Of a stretch of DNA of 64,000 bases, positions 63,405 to 64,000 are shown piece by piece (position 1 is the stretch's first letter; each line of letters opens with the position of its first letter). Location of the stretch: positions 1 through 64,000 of the forward strand of contig JAPETS010000004.1 in the NCBI GenBank assembly GCA_026023565.1. The letters run 5' to 3'. The notes below the pieces were generated by a model, which made no database searches, was not told where the DNA came from, and saw nothing but the letters and a program-made list of their open reading frames with translations. Made by a program: the position numbers and the translations under genes. The DNA comes from Cirrosporium novae-zelandiae. Taxonomy: Eukaryota.

Positions 63405-64000
63405 TTATGTGCTTCCGTTCATGCCGGCCTTTGAGGATGCGAGTGCACCATGCAGACCAAACTGGGTTGGAACACCTTCAATGCGGTGTGTTGAGTTCAG
63501 ATTCTTAACAAGGGTTATCTGGAAGCAAGTGGAACTACCTTGACGAGCGACAATGGTAGAATATGCAAGGAAGTATTCCCAGGTCTGATGGTATTAATTA
63601 GTAGGTTGACTTGGAAGAAATGGCATCAACTTACCCTAAACCACCTCTTGCCATACTTGGCCTCAACCTTCTCCCGGTTCCCAAGCCAGTTCCTATACCA
63701 ACGCCATAGAGTGGCAGAGTAATGGACACCGATGGTGTCAATGCTCTTGATTTCAAAGCCTGCCTTCTCTAAAGTACTGATAACAAAGTTAAGAGGAGTT
63801 GAAGCATCTGCACCCGGGAAGACATATTTGGCCATAAAAAGACCCCAGATGAGGTCGTCATATTGCCAACATTTGCGGAGACCAGCGTATTGGAGGAAGA
63901 AAACACCATCGTCTTCAAGCATATCATAAACCTGGCGGAAGAATCCCTCCAAATGTCGAATACCAACGTGTTCAGCCATCTCCAGGCATGTGATCTTAGA
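63405..64000 (-). CDS. Sphingolipid C9-methyltransferase / cyclopropane-fatty-acid-synthase family (3' part, runs off the window)
   Basis: KITCLEMAEHVG, LIWGLFMAKYVFPGADAS, GVHYSATLWRWYRNW and WEYFLAYS..QGS. Intron 63585-63634; stop at 63405. Confidence 0.88.

Noticed and set aside
12202..64000. Cryptic peroxisomal targeting by stop-codon readthrough (TGA-CTA)
   Set aside because: None of the stop codons inspected has the TGA CTA context.

Overview
This is a eukaryotic window from a filamentous ascomycete (Pezizomycotina-like). It has short GT-AG introns with CTRAC/CTAAT branch sites, microsatellite-rich intergenic DNA and an intron-containing tRNA. The backbone is housekeeping genes: a large Pro-rich/coiled-coil hypothetical, a DUF3074-like protein, MCM7, PEX1, STK19-like, MSH3, a zinc-finger-like hypothetical, BET2, a RhoGAP, RRS1, mS29/RSM23, a 12-intron adenylosuccinate synthetase, PEX10, tRNA-Pro(AGG), a DUF6314-like protein, CYT1 and the 3' part of a sphingolipid C9-methyltransferase. 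Two accessory or decaying patches interrupt it. One is a broken NACHT-ankyrin (NLR-like) gene at 18.9-21.5 kb. The other is a ~10 kb island at 41-50.6 kb with a P450 pseudogene, a MYND-finger gene and further decayed ORFs. The most notable signals are G>A-type lesions at three P450 motif codons plus a TAG (RIP, or less likely editing-restorable), a 7-nt microexon in the ADSS gene, a recurrent intergenic palindrome TACCTAGGTA, matched CCTCGG sites upstream of both PEX genes, MCB-like boxes upstream of MCM7 and MSH3, and GC-rich 3' gene ends next to low-complexity spacers. No clearly novel multi-gene system could be established. Family calls come from motif recognition only, and exon coordinates were read by hand.
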